64,000 nt of DNA from Bigelowiella natans CCMP2755 (GCA_000320545.1 ADNK01000505.1:1-64000), one strand, 5' to 3'; numbered from the stretch's first letter, positions 1 to 13,793 are shown. Notes: generated by a model from the letters alone, not told the origin. Made by a program: numbers and translations.

Positions 1-171
1 GCCCCCCCCTCCTTTTAACGAAAGTCCCTGTTCATCTTTTTTTTTAATCACAGCTGGTAGAAATCCTGCTCCCCCGCCCCCTATTAGACGTAGACTTTTA
101 TCTTTTCTCTCCTCCTTTGTTATTCTTTACGGTTTGACATTATCTAATATTATCATTCGTTGCATTAATAG

Positions 172-236
172 GCTGAAGCAAATTTAAAGAACCTTAGTGA
201 GGATGATGAACTCAAAGAGCTCAATGTAAGATCATG

Positions 237-267
<31 letters not shown>

Positions 268-1837
268 TATTGTGTGCTAGTAAGTAGCAGTTGGAGGAGG
301 AAGAGGAGGAGGATGCACGTAGTCACTCATGCATCATTACCAAGTGAAAGCAAGAGTACCTATTTACTACTACCGTGAATACAATTCATCACACATGTAG
401 GAAAATATACTGCTCTTGTCTACCAAAGAGGAAGATTCTGCCAAAAAGCTTTCAGCTGAAATCGAGGTGCATGCAGCTGCTGCTGCTATTCACTCGCTAC
501 TACGAAACAAAAATACAGAATAGTGATGATGATGATAATAATGGGTGCTGGTGATAAAATATGCTTGTGTAAATACGTGTTTTGATAAAACTTATTGCTA
601 GTTGGAAATGTTGGGGATTTATTGAATTTTGATTGATTGATTGATTGATTAATTGCATGATAATAAATGCTAGTAAATAGATGCTAGTAAGTATATAAAT
701 CAATATATAATCTACGGAAGAAATAACACGCTGTTGTATCAGACTCTGAAGAAAAAGATTGAGGAATTGAAGAAGAAAGCTTCTACCTTGACTTCCCCCC
801 CCCCTGTTTCTGCTGGTAGAGATTGCAGCTGCTGCTCCCTGCTGCTACTTATGCTGTTTGCCTCCCTGCTTATATGCCCTACTCTTGTTAGTTCTATACG
901 TAGTATTAGTAGCATAAGAGTAGCTACTATTTTGGTGCTATTTGCTGCTTCTCACTGTTGTCTTGATGGCTTATCATGGATTATTGGATGTTGGTGTTCT
1001 TTCAGCTTGCTACTTCCTGACAACATGACATAATAACTACTCGAGCACTGACAAACATATAGCAAAAGCTATTGATTCGTCATCCTAACGTCGCCGATCG
1101 ATCATCGTGCTATTGATCGATTGATTGATTGACTGGTTGATTGACTGGTTGTTATGAGCAGGGGTGCCAGCGCCGCCGATGACGGGTCTAGGCCCCCCAC
1201 CAGTGGGGGCAGGTCTCCTTCCTCCTCCTCCTGGATTAGGAGGTCCAGTGGGACTTGCTCCTCCTCCAGGGGGGTTGGGTCCACCACCAACGGGTGGTAT
1301 ACTTGGACCTCCTCCGGGGTTGGGGTACTACTACTACTACTGCTACTACTACTATGACTACTATCATCGTCTGTTGTATAAATATAGGTTGAGCCAATAT
1401 AGATAATAATAATAATAATAATAATAGTAATAATAATAGCTGGAGTATACTACGTATGATGATGGTAGTAGTTGTGGACGACGACGACACGACGAAATAC
1501 TGTCAACATGCCAATAAATTTAAATAGTAGAACGATACTAATATTGTGTCAAGCTACTAAAAAAGAAGAAATATTAATGATGATAATAATAAATAATAAT
1601 AATAATAGTATGGACGACGAGCCACGAACTAAGTAGTGGGCAGCCTCTCGTTGATAATTAGCAAAACCAATGGCTGCTTTCTATTTTTCATTACCTTCCA
1701 ACTATTATGAGTATTCACAAAAATGTCCTCGTATCTTGAATAGCAAATGAGTGTATTTTGTGTCTGAATTAGAGCACCAATGGCCGTGAAGAAACCTTCC
1801 AAAAGAGGTGGGCAGACGCTCAGCACAAGCACAAACA

Positions 1838-1874
<37 letters not shown>

Positions 1875-2378
1875 ATGAATGATGTTACATAATAATTATG
1901 ACCATTAGGAATGACGAAGCCAAAGACAAAGCCAAAGAAGAAAATGAATGCGCTGCACTGGAAACGTATCTTAATCGATCAGATGCTAGATCAGTCATCA
2001 GAAGAGACTCTCTGGCGTGTTCTTAACAGTTTTCAAGTTGATTTTGACGAGGTGTGATTAGTATTAATAGTAGTAGTAGTTGTAGTTAAAGGAGATTATG
2101 ATGCGTATATCATATAAAAACAAGGAGAGGAGGTGTTCGGCGAGTATACACTTGAGGCTACCATCTATGGTGTTAAGGGATCATAATGCTAAGGAATCAC
2201 CATCCTCCTCCTCCTCCTCCTCATCATCATCATCATCACCGTTTTATCATTACTGCTACTGCACAGGAGGAGTTTGTGACGCTTTTCACTTCGGAGAAAA
2301 AGAAGACTAAAGGCAAAGGGAAGGAGGGGAAGAAACGACAAGACAATCAGAAGAAACGAGGTACTACTACTACTACTG

Positions 2379-2409
<31 letters not shown>

Positions 2410-2826
2410 GTATGTAGGAATAACACGTAAGACTACTTCACTAAATTCAAATTCTTGTCCAGAGGTGTTAGATAATAATGATTTATTGTTTGGAGAAAAT
2501 AGTAGTGATGGTGAAAATAAGTAATGATGAATTCTTCTTGTTCTTCTTGTTCTTCTTCTTCTTCTTCTTCTTCTTCTTCTTCTTCTTCTTTTATCTATCA
2601 GTGGATATAAGAGTTCTGGACAACAAGACATCACAGTCCGTTGCGATCATGATGAAAAGCCTTCCTTCGATAGAGCAGACGTATTATGCAATCATCAAGA
2701 TGGACAAAGAGGTATTGTTTGTATATATAATGATGGATCTATTTACGCGATATTATGTGTAAGGCTGATAGATGTTATATTTAATGATGGGTCTATTTAT
2801 ATTATGTGTACGGATGATAGATGTTT

Positions 2827-2862
<36 letters not shown>

Positions 2863-2890
2863 TTTTCCCTCTTGCTGATAGATGTTTCTC

Positions 2891-2930
<40 letters not shown>

Positions 2931-3450
2931 TTCTCCCTCTTGCTGGCTAAAAAAAGCTTGCATTGAGGCTCTTTGGTCTTTTCCTGTGTGTATGTGTGTG
3001 GGCATGTGTTGTCATTATTACAACTACTAACCACCTTCTTTCATCTCACATTATTAATTATTATTATTATTATTATTATTATTATCTTTTGAGTTCTTCT
3101 ATTTAATCATCACATCACATTGAAGGAGTTGAACGAAGACAAGTTGACTAAGATCATAGCCAACCTGCCCAAGCCTGAGGAGCTTGCATTAATTCGAGCG
3201 GAAGAGAAGAAGGACCCCCTTGCACGCTTTGACAAGCCAGAGCGCTACTTTAAAACAATCAGCAAGATACCTGTCTTAGCTCTTCGTCTTCGTATTTGGA
3301 AGTTCAGTTACACTGTGGGGGAATCCATCAAGTTTCATACGGATAGACTCGTCATCATGCAGAAAGCGTGTACCGAACTTTGTCAATCTAAAGCATTGCT
3401 ACAAGCAATACAGGTGCTGGTGGTGGTGATAGTAGAGATATTTTACCACA

Positions 3451-3489
<39 letters not shown>

Positions 3490-4439
3490 GTGACGATTAA
3501 ATAATCTTATCGTTACTTATATTATCCATGATTATTTACTATTCTTCTTCTAGGTTGTATTATCTGTTGGTAATTATATGAATGGTAAAACGCGGCGAGG
3601 TCAAGCTGATGGATTTCATATGAGTCTTCTCAGTAAAATAAAAGACACCAAGTCATCAGACGGCAAGACTACCTTAATCGACTTCATCGCAATGATGTGC
3701 AAACGGTCAAATCCAGGGCTGAAAGATGCCTTAGCCAAGGAGATGGAATTCATGCTTCGATCCAATGAAGTACCAGAGTGGAAAGAACTCAATGCAGGTG
3801 CAGGAGCAATTGACGGCCAATTTAAGACAAACACTAAAAACGTAGAAACCGTTCGAAAGGCGACAGAGAGAGCATCAGAGGATATCAAGAAAGCCGACAG
3901 ATTCCAAGTCGTGATGGAAGAGTTCTTGAAGGAGACCAAGAAGAAGGTGAATACGATGCTCTTCGAGAGGAAACAGGCGCTGACGGCTTTCAAAGAGGCC
4001 GTATCTTTCTTTGGTACAGGATTGGAGGATAAAGTTGAAATTCCAAAGAGCTCTCAGGAGTTTCTAAAGCCCTTTAGAACGTTTACAGCTGATCTAATCA
4101 AAGCATGGCCCGTGGATGAGAAGAAAGAAAATGATGCCGCCGCAGGGGAGGGGGGTGCTAAGCGTGGTGCTCTAAGAGGCATCACAGGTGCTACTGCAGC
4201 GTGTTTTTTCTTCAGTCTCTTGAGCGTACATAACTCTACTGTTTCAATTTTGATTTTTTGCTTTAAACATGTTGGAAAATGCAATTTACTTAAATTCTTG
4301 TTGGACGTGTTACTTAGGGAAAAAGACGTTTGGAGGTAGTCTGGAAAAGTCCAAAAAACTTGGAGCAAAGGCTATGATTAATGCACTTAAGAGAGGTGTT
4401 CCAAAACTGAGGCAAATCAAGAAAAAACGAAACGGCTGA
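172..4439 (+). CDS. Formin (FH1+FH2), multi-exon, 5' end outside the window
   Basis: Poly-Pro FH1 exon at about 1162-1325. Spliced FH2 motifs: KMNALHWKRI (about 1940), DNKTSQSVAIMMKSLP (about 2620), LPKPEE, and LSVGNYMNGKTRRGQADGF...SKIKDTKSSDGKTTLIDFI (3554-4187). Last exon ends MINALKRGVPKLRQIKKKRNG*, TGA at 4437-4439. Introns are GT-AG. Confidence 0.95.
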
Positions 4440-5458
4440 TGATACAGAGCTGTATGTGAGTGTGGATGGAAAGGACCTGCCTACTGCAGCATTGTTCTGT
4501 TAGCGCTAAATATCTTATTATTTCTGTGTCGTGCTGTAGAGATGCACTACTACAACTACTACTGCTACTACTTACTATATTTGTGATTAGCTTATAAATG
4601 AGGAGTTCAATCGACAATTTACCACTGTTCAGAAAATTGTATTTGTAATTGACCAGTGTCGTATGATGATGAGTGTGCATGTATGCTATGATGGCACCAA
4701 CATTCATCATTAACATAAAGAGGGGGAGCAGAGAATGTCTGTTGGTGGGGTGTACCGATGGATATCGGCAGGTATTTTCGCATGATGCCGAGTAGTAGCT
4801 AGAGCGCAATGTGTATGCTGATCGGAGCGTGCGACGCAAAAATAGGACAGCCAATGAAGCCGATCATTCAAGATGGTTTTGTCCGAGTGCTGAATGATAT
4901 GGCTATGACAACGCATATAGCAGTCGACATGGTGTAGCGCAGCAGTCTATCGTCTGCCACAGCTATATAATAAGTAGCTAGACGGATAAGTTTCAAAACA
5001 AATTACTTACATCATGTGTACGTACTCGCGTGCATGTGACATTGTCTAGACTAATAGACTATGATGCGAGGAGCCTCGTACGTACATACGTAGGGCCAGC
5101 TAGCTATAGCTAGCCAGCCGGCGCGTTGATTTGCATTTGCGATGATGTTGTGTATGCCTGTCTAGCTAGGTAGCAAGCAAATGCATTCTTAAGCATTCCC
5201 CTTGTAAGAGCTCTAGAGCTAGTGCGAGTAGCAAGGTATTTGTATTGTGCCGCGTGTGCAGTGGATGATGAGCTGAGTCACCGCAGCTATGTTCGTATGT
5301 AAACAGTACGCATATTTATTTACATCGCTTGTTGATGTCTCACAAAACACATTCATTCGCACAAGCGAGCATCTGCATGTGATAACTCTAGACATTTCGA
5401 CAGAAAGGCAACAAATGCATTCCCTTTTCTCGTAGTAGTCCTTGGTATTTAGAACTTT

Positions 5459-7224
5459 TCATCCATCCATAAGAGCCAGAAGGTCGTCGTCGTCGTCGTC
5501 ATCAACTTCTCCAGCTGCCGTATCGATCTTCTCTAAATCTCCAATTTTAGATTGAAGTTTTTTTGTCCACGCATCTGAGTTTCCACCAAAGGATACTATC
5601 TCTCCCTGTTCACCGACGACGTCCTTTGCATCACCCTGCCCACAACACATTGTCAAGGGCTTTATTTTAAACAGACGAATCATCATCATATGACCTTCGA
5701 CCCAACAACTTCTGACGGAGCAAAAAGGTTTTTAAGTGTGAAGTTATCCTTTGTGGTAGAAGGCTTCGAGCCAGTCAATAAATTTGCTAGGGCGTTGAGC
5801 TCAGCTTTTGCTGCTTCCGCAGATGCCGCATCAATCTATCGAGATAATAGTGAATGAAGAAGCTCAATGGAATAATCCAATCACATTTTTTGAAAAGCTA
5901 GCTGAGCAAAACCTTGGCTTCTTTAGCATTTGCCATCAGTCCTGCTGATGCCGTAAGTCTAGCTTTTGTAACATAATCAGCACGATCTTTTGCACCTTTT
6001 TTGGCTCGATCCATCGACTCTTTTGCACTAATTTTAGCATACCATACATTGATACCATGGGTAACAAAGCATGATGATGACAACGGTCTTGTGCCAACAG
6101 CATTTTTTGGTTTCAAAGTGATTGAGAGTCCGTCTTTACCCCTGAGAAGATAGTGACGATAGACACACGGCGACGACGACGACGATTTAGACAGTTGCTT
6201 ATTTGGATTTAATCTTCAATCAACCTGACTGTTCCTGGGGATGAGCAACCCGGAAAATCTCCTTCGTGAGTCATTACGAAGTCACCGTTATTTGATTGTA
6301 TCCCGAGTTTCAAAAATGTAGAAATCTTAACTTTCCAATCCTTATCATAAACAAAGACTTAGTAAACGTCCAAGTATTAAGATTTCATGTAGTTTGTTCC
6401 ACCTGGAAGTACGTGAGGATTACTTTGCGGATTTGATTCCATTCGATGTTGCTCAAAGGAGCATATGCTGCCATGACTTTACTTCTTGCACTTTTCACTA
6501 ATTTGCCTGTGAAAAAACATGGCTCAAATGAGACCATAGAATGGCAAAAAGTACGTAGTCATACATGCTTCATTGGCCCCATCGAGCAGGTCTTCGATGC
6601 CGTCCATATGGTTGCAGGTGACATCAAGTAGTTGGGAAGGGAGCTTCAAGCTCATGATTTGGTACTTGATCCCCATATTCATTAAATCGTGGAGCTAAGA
6701 TGACGTAGTGACAGATTATTTTTAGATTAATAACACTTTGGAGAGAACAGATCCTACCTTCCCCATGCTGCCCTCATTTAAACGCATGATGGAAGCGTGA
6801 GCCAATTCATGAAATACTTTTAACAGCTGCTTTTGTGTATACAGAACTTGAGGCTTAAATAATTCCTTCATGAATGTGGGGGAGAGCAGAGCGCAGGTCA
6901 CATCTGAGAGAACTGGTAAGAACAACAACATGTTTGTGATGAATACAATAATGCGGTCTGTTTCATGCTGGATATATACTATATAGTACAATAACATCAA
7001 CCTCTTTATGCATTGATCGTATCGTATCTATCTAACACAAAATGCACTTGTTGTTGAAGAACTTCATTCGCTAGTTTCACTACGCGCTTCCTCTAGTCTA
7101 CACCTTTCACAGCCTTTTCCCGCGGCACTTTTTGAGAATTTAGCCTTTGATTTAGAATATATATCATCTGCCCTCCTAGGTTGAGAATCAGAACAGGCAT
7201 CGCCTTGAGGCTAGCGGACACCAT
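5459..7224 (-). CDS. OSCP1: OSCP1/NOR1 (organic solute carrier partner 1) family protein, multi-exon
   Basis: Spliced N-terminus MVSASLKAMPVLILNLGGQMIYILNQRL...FMKELFKPQ..Y.....VFHELAHASIMRLNEGSMGK|LHDLMNMGIKYQ matches the OSCP1 signature (NLGGEMLYILDQRL; LAHASIMKLN..SMDKLYDLM.M.FKYQ). Acidic tail DDDDDDDLLALMDG*. Confidence 0.92.
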
Positions 7225-7447
7225 AGTGTTACTACGTCCGCCCTGGATCGATTGGTCCAGACAATTCTTTATTAGATTTTGTGCATGCTCATTCTTTGCT
7301 TAAGGAAACTACGAAAAAGAGAAATAAATTTCGTTTGATTAAGACGACATGCTGATAAGACCATCAATGTTGCTAAATTGAGTCCTGTTACACCTTGAGA
7401 CGCTGAGATATTTTCTGAGATTCCCCCCCAAGAAGAATGTGATGAGC

Positions 7448-7541
7448 TTTGGGAAAGTTCTTCAGCGGGAAATATCTAAAATATGTCAACTGATACCCAA
7501 GTTAAATGTGATCAGCTTCGGGAAATTTATTCAGCGGGAAA
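7448..7541. promoter_or_regulatory. Heat-shock-element-like nGAAn arrays and two GCGGGAAA motifs in the OSCP1/HSP20 divergent spacer
   Basis: TTT-gg-GAA-ag-TTC (7448-7460) and TTC-gg-GAA-at-TTA (7517-7529) lie about 250-320 bp upstream of a small HSP gene. GCGGGAAA (E2F-like) occurs at 7465 and 7534. Confidence 0.45.
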
Positions 7542-7772
7542 TGTTTATAATATAATAACTGATGATAGCCAACAACAACAACAACAACATCAACAAAAAC
7601 AACAACAACAACAACTACAACAACTCAACAAGAATCAAGAGAAAAGGAGGACTTGCGTTCCTAGCACCTCTCTCTCTCCCTCTCCCTCTCTCTCACGCAC
7701 ATCTCAAGGAGAGAAGAGAAGAGGACTACCATACTACCCATAATAATAACAACAACAACAACAGCACTAGAT

Positions 7773-8762
7773 ATGGCGCAGAGACCCCGAGGGGTAGCAG
7801 CTAAGGGACTCTCCTTCTTCTCTTCCCCTTCGCCAGTTCTTCGCCCTGTCTCCTGCTCTAACCTCCTCTTCACCCTCTCCATTGTCATACTTGCGTTTAT
7901 TCAAATCAAGAAGCTTCCATTCAGCCCTGATCTCACGAGCAACAATGAAATTCACGGAAAATACACTAATTCTAAGTCGTTCTTGCGCAACCAGAAAAAC
8001 CATCACTTGAGCAATAATCTACTGCCGCGGCTTCGTGGTGGCCAAGGCAACAATATGTTTTTTGTTCACCCGGGTTCATCGCGCATGATCAACGCGTCAA
8101 TGTTTCCACCAATCGCAGATTTTTTAGATGGTTTAATCAGTGTGAGCCCAAACAGCACAGGGGGCATCGAAGAATTGATAGGTAGTAAGTTTCCTGATGT
8201 GCTAAATAAGTTGCGCACCGTCAATCTTACAACGGGAAACGACGTCAAGCCCAATGGTTTAGATTCTGCTCCTCGACCGAAACTGTCATCACATAAAAAA
8301 CTCAGCTCTCGATCGAAGAAATCAAAAATGGATTATTCTTCAGATCAACAGTCTTCGCGGAGAATAATACCCAAGAAGAAATCCTATCTGAAAAGTCGAG
8401 GAAAGGCGAATCTAATGGAAATTTATGTACGAAAGCCCATTCCATCGGACATCTATGAGTCAAAAGATTTGCTCTTGATTCGGTTGGACCTGCCAGGAGT
8501 TTCAAAAGATAGCCTTTCAGTCGAATGCATCAGAAATAACCTTGTCGTCACTGCTAAACGCAGAACCGCTGCACAGCCTCCTCCAGGAATAACACGTACC
8601 ACACATCATGATGAGGTGCAATCGGGGACCTACAAAAGAACGTTTGAGCTTCCTGAAGCTGCAGATGCAACCAAAATTACCGCTGAGTTCAAAGATGGGG
8701 AGCTTTACCTTAGAATGCCAAAAAAGAACTTGCAAAAGCCAATAAAAATAGCTATTCATTAG
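7773..8762 (+). CDS. Small heat-shock protein (HSP20/alpha-crystallin domain) with long N-terminal targeting-like leader; intronless
   Basis: 329-aa ORF. C-terminal alpha-crystallin domain SDIYESKDLLLIRLDLPGVSKDSLSV...GTYKRTFELPEAADATKITAEFKDGELYLRMPK plus IxI tail (PIKIAIH). N-terminal hydrophobic stretch LLFTLSIVILAFI, later followed by PRLRGG. Confidence 0.92.
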   Translation: MAQRPRGVAAKGLSFFSSPSPVLRPVSCSNLLFTLSIVILAFIQIKKLPFSPDLTSNNEIHGKYTNSKSFLRNQKNHHLSNNLLPRLRGGQGNNMFFVHPGSSRMINASMFPPIADFLDGLISVSPNSTGGIEELIGSKFPDVLNKLRTVNLTTGNDVKPNGLDSAPRPKLSSHKKLSSRSKKSKMDYSSDQQSSRRIIPKKKSYLKSRGKANLMEIYVRKPIPSDIYESKDLLLIRLDLPGVSKDSLSVECIRNNLVVTAKRRTAAQPPPGITRTTHHDEVQSGTYKRTFELPEAADATKITAEFKDGELYLRMPKKNLQKPIKIAIH

Positions 8763-10248
8763 CCTACTGCTGTAGGTTACCAACTATGTGTTAACGATAT
8801 CTTGTCATGATGTGCATTTGTTTATACGTACATGTATTATCCAGCATGCATACATTTTAGGGTGCATTTACATTTGCATGTGTCAATTTCATTACATCTA
8901 GATAGATCCAGAAGTGTACATTGTGAAACTCTCAAAATTCGGGCTGTGCATCGAACGAATCATCTGCACACCCTGCAGTTCGCGATACGATCCTGATGCA
9001 TCTAATCTAGGCATGGTCATGAATGAGAACTAGTGTGGTCTAATCTAGATGGCGTTGTCGCGCACGCCCATCCCTGCTAGCCTGTTAGATAGGCATATAT
9101 GCCACGCTTTGTCATCATTACTTATGTAATTCACTGTAACATTTAACTGTATTGAAGTGCTGCATGCGGCTAGCTAGCTAGCCTCTTCATTTCATGTTAC
9201 TCTAGTACTCATCACGATAGCCAGCCCGTGTGACACAGCTCATGATTTGATCACCTAGACCAACAAATGACTCAGCTGACGAGCAACATCAACAATGTGC
9301 AGATCACACATGCTCTACACACTCAGCACTGTGTTGTGCAAAAGAGATAATCTAGATAATGCTTAGATGCAAGTATGCATGGAATTCTCCACATGGCCTA
9401 TATACGTGTATACGTGATCACTGTGTCTCTGTTAAGCAGTCCTCATTTCAACATCTCTAGATCTCTAGATCTGCACATTCCATGACACACGGTAATACCA
9501 CGTACATCCACGCAATTGTGTGGCACACATCTAGATATGCTAACTAGCTAGCTAGCTAGTATGCCGTTGCATTGGCTACACGTGTACACGGATGGCCACC
9601 TTTTTTGTAAGATGGCAGATCTCGATCACATCGTAACATTGCTTCCTGTTATTCCTGAATAAATCTAGAAATACCCTGTATTTGCCCTGCACATACCCTT
9701 GCGCTGCGATGTGCCAAGCTGTGCACAGTTTTGTACGTATGCGATACCCAATGCACAACTGTTTGTTGCGCAATACGATACCGCGTATGGTGCTGTGTGT
9801 TTAGAGATTTGTTGCACGTTCTTTTCATATCAATCGAATACGTCTCCCAAATACAGTTGCATGCTCTTGCTTATTTACAATGCACGACGCAGAAAAAGGA
9901 CATCGTAGAGTGAGTCAGAACTTGAGGGTCATCATCACGAACGAGCTATCATGCGACGCTAACAGCGTTATTCCGCACCAGCTCAAACGGCAATTATCAA
10001 GCTAACTAAAATTGACATTGAACATTTTTGCTCAGCACGGCCCTCGCATTACATAATGGTATGTCTGTTACAATGTCCATGAAAAGAAAGCTTGCTCTTT
10101 TGATCTCCACCTAGAAGGAAATGTTATCAATTGGCGTTTAATTACATCAGAGAACCAATACAAAATATCATCGTCACAGAGTAGTAGTTATACAATATTA
10201 GAATTTGATGCCCACTCTCATCATCCTTAGCGTAATCATCACCATATA

Positions 10249-10776
10249 TTACCATTCTGCAAAAATCCTAACGGGTGCAGTATCAAGATCTCCGTACACA
10301 TATGGCCACTCCACGACTTGCTCTTCGCGGGCAAACCCCATCCTTGCCAAAACAAGAATAAGCGTTTGCTGTTTTGATATTGAGAAATTCATACGTAGTC
10401 TCAACACACCTGAAGTTCTGGTTTAAAGTATATTTCTTCCCATATTTGACTTTAGTGCCAGCGTGATATGTTCTGTAGTCCTACATGAAGAAGAGACCAA
10501 AAAAGGTGAATAAAAGCTTCCCACAATTCACATAACAATCCAAAAAAGCAATCGATGACTGGGATCATTACCTTAATGAGAGTACCATCATACGCATTTG
10601 GCCATATGATGCAGTCACCTTTTCAAGGAAACAGCGTGTCGTGTGATTATACGATAATCCATCAATATATAAATAAGAAGACTGTAGTATGTAGTGGAAG
10701 GTAAGAACTACCCACCTTTGTCCGGCTTGATTTTTAATTTATTTAGAGCTGGAAATGCCGTGAAACCCTGATAGTG

Positions 10777-10809
<33 letters not shown>

Positions 10810-11575
10810 TCAAAGAAGTTGGCATGTTACCCCTTTTGTCTCGTCTTGACTTGTCAGATATGTTAAACTTGTCCAGGTACGAGGGCCTAGTGCCATCACA
10901 TATTATCATTGTAAGAACACATTATAACTATGCAATAGAATATCTCCTCAATGCAGTCAAATCTTCATTTCACCTTCTTCAAAGAGGAACTCAACCTAAT
11001 AGAATAACAAGAATAAGCTGCTGCTATGATTTGTGCGTCGTCATCTGCCATATCATTGCGACAACTATACCATCGTACCTGGTGATATGAGAAGTCATGA
11101 TGAGCAGCGAAGTGCTGGTGTCGGCCTGTTCCCTGGGTCCAAATGAATCATTGTCTGAATTATTTTGACACCACCTGATGTACTCGTGATCAGGGTGATA
11201 GATAATACCTGCAGATTGTAGGTCTCTTGATTTTTATGCGAAGTCTGCAAAATCTTAAAACACAATTCAAATCGATCATCACGTATAAATCGTCATCAGT
11301 GCGCCGTCGTTTTAATCGTCGTCATCTACCAACGCCAGCTTATCCCTTGCACTATGAAGAATATACTCGGCGTCCAATGGTTGCCATCTAAGTACGATAC
11401 GATATCATACGAATGCACCCACCACCATTATGTCTAACTCCTCCCTTACTTCTAACTTAGGCGGCGAGATAATGGTAACAACCTATCACTAGCCTGTGAT
11501 GGCGGTCTTTGGCCTCCGACTCGAGTATTTGAACGAAATTTTAAGTCAGTCTAAAAGTACCAGGAGAGAGAGAGG

Positions 11576-11614
<39 letters not shown>

Positions 11615-12864
11615 GATCTTACTAAGGCACAACGTTATTATTCTTTCTTGGAAAACACTACTACTATCTCCTACAATACAAAATGTTGATCGAAGCCGCA
11701 CCTTAGAGCCGTCCACCCCTCCAATGGCGTCATCGGAGTCAACTCCCAGCTGCCTACGTAAGAACGAATACAGTAGTAATTAATAATACTACGTGACTAG
11801 TGAATTATAGCAGCAAAGTATATTGATAGGTTCTCGAAAGGATGAGAGGTGAGCAAGATGGGAAAATGATGATATTTCCAGACATTCGGACCTTGCTCTT
11901 CTTATTAGAGAGTTTGCTTCCGCATGAGAAAGAAAATTTTTCACAAGTAAGATAGGAGGATCCTTCTCCTTCAAGACGTACGATGCATTCAAACCGGTTC
12001 TGCAGAAGAAGAAGAAGAAGAAGAAGAAGAAGATGAAGAAGAAGAGGGGCCACATGATAATAATCAGGAAAATATGTTTTAATCTTAAGACTGTTTTAAG
12101 CATCAAAATCTGTCAACCGCTGGAAGATCTGCTGGGGCGTGAGGATGCGTGGAACGCAATATCCAGACTGAGATCGATTATCATAAATAAGGCGATATTA
12201 GGGAATACTAATAACAAGATAATTAACATATCCAGAATGAGATTGATTATCATTGTGGAGGAGCATTAGGGTCGTCTTATCCCACAACTCTATAGCAGCA
12301 GCAATGTGGCAACAGCAGTATATATAGGTAGGCAGGCACCAACCCCAATGTTATGGAGTATTCCCTTTGAACCACAGAGAACGTCTGCATACCATTGTGC
12401 CTGATCAGAGAGTAGGAAACAGATATCAACGAAGGGATTCAACTTAAGATCAATAATTCTTTTTGTAGTAGCTAGCACAATTATTATTCAGTACCCGTTG
12501 ATGGAACTCTGATAGGCGATCCATTCCAAAGCTCATGTCATTGTATCTGAATTCATGATGATGGAAATTATGATAAAGGGCAGTTTAAGCCTAAATGATT
12601 GGAGACTGCTTATATAAGAAGTAGCAATACCCATAAATGAGCATATTGACCAACAGCCAGGAAAGGTGGGACTTGCAATACTTCATAATGCCTCCTGTTT
12701 TAATGTATCGCATAAGGGGAGAAGTAGGTTTCGACAACTTTTCATCTTCTTTATAGAATCATGGATTAATAAGAGAGGATACCTGTGAATACAGCAGTCA
12801 AGCCACCTAGGAATGCTATAATGAAGTAGTAGCCGTAGCCTCCACAGCAGCACCATGTGATCAT
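10249..12864 (-). CDS. Prolyl 4-hydroxylase-like 2OG-Fe(II) oxygenase with N-terminal membrane anchor, multi-exon
   Basis: Spliced motifs DPPILLVKNFLSHAEANSLI, QHFAAHHDF (HxD), GFTAFPALNKLKIKPDKGDCIIWPN, and DYRTYHAGTKVKYGKKYTLNQNF (distal His and 2OG-binding Lys). N-terminal YFIIAFLGGLTAVF anchor. Some internal exons were not resolved. Confidence 0.85.
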
Positions 12865-13078
12865 GATGACGATGATGATGGGGATTAATGATCGATGAGC
12901 AGTGAAGCGGCGCGATGTGAGCAACTTGGCAAGAAAACTAAACGAAAAAAATCAAGGGATTTTCGACCTGCGACTACTACAAAAAGAGCGACATTTTGGG
13001 GATTTTGAGATGCGACAAGAATATTTCTTGTCTTAGCTATCAAGAAGGAACTACGAGAAGAAAGATGAATGATGACCG

Positions 13079-13793
13079 ATGTCTGTGATGAAGGCGTATA
13101 CGATGAGGACGACGACGACAGCTCTTGTCCTTTTTCTCCTATGGTTGGGGCATATGTAGAAGTAGTAGTAGTTTCAGTGGTAGTAGCAGTAGTAATAGTA
13201 GTAGTAGTAGTAGTAGTAGTCCTAGAAAATAGTACATCATTTTTTCCCTTCGTTCTCTTCTTTTTCTTACCTCCTCATCATGCTGTCTTGTGAGATCGAT
13301 CGAGAAGAAGTAGAGTGAAAAGAAGAAGGAGACCACGTGTTCGAATTCGGAATCGAAATGGGCCAAGAAGACGGGGGGGTTAGCACAAAATCTAGGCAGA
13401 GCAACGGGGCAGTTGATGCTGCTGCTGCTGCTGCTGATGATGATGATGCCAATTTGCTGTTGGTCGATTGTGGGTCAGTTGTTGTGTGTTGCCTGCATTT
13501 GGATGAATGAAGGTAGTTGATGTTTCTACTGTAATTCCCCCCTCCCTCAGCGGTCTATCTCTAAGGACATTACTCTTCTCCAGGGAGCAAGAAAGGACCA
13601 CATTGTACTAACAAACAACTATTGTGTTGCTCATTTGTAGTATAACATAATACCCTACACAACGACGTCGAAACGCATTTATGTGTTAATAATGTTCTGT
13701 CTTCTAGAGGTGGCAGCGGCGGGATTGTGCGCACAGGAGCGTTGGAAGATGAGCAACCAGCTCATCGAGAGGTGATGATGATGTAGAAATTTC

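Noticed and set aside
4440-5458. Convergent spacers as copies of one transposon family with terminal repeats
   Set aside because: I could not see extended homology between spacers, terminal inverted repeats or target-site duplications by eye; only the k-mer vocabulary is shared.
13540-13720. A third LRGG motif (LSLR|GG) in the SNRNP27-like leader through a non-canonical GA donor
   Set aside because: A canonical GTACTA donor in the same phase lies about 40 nt downstream (giving RTTLGG), so no GA-AG intron is needed.
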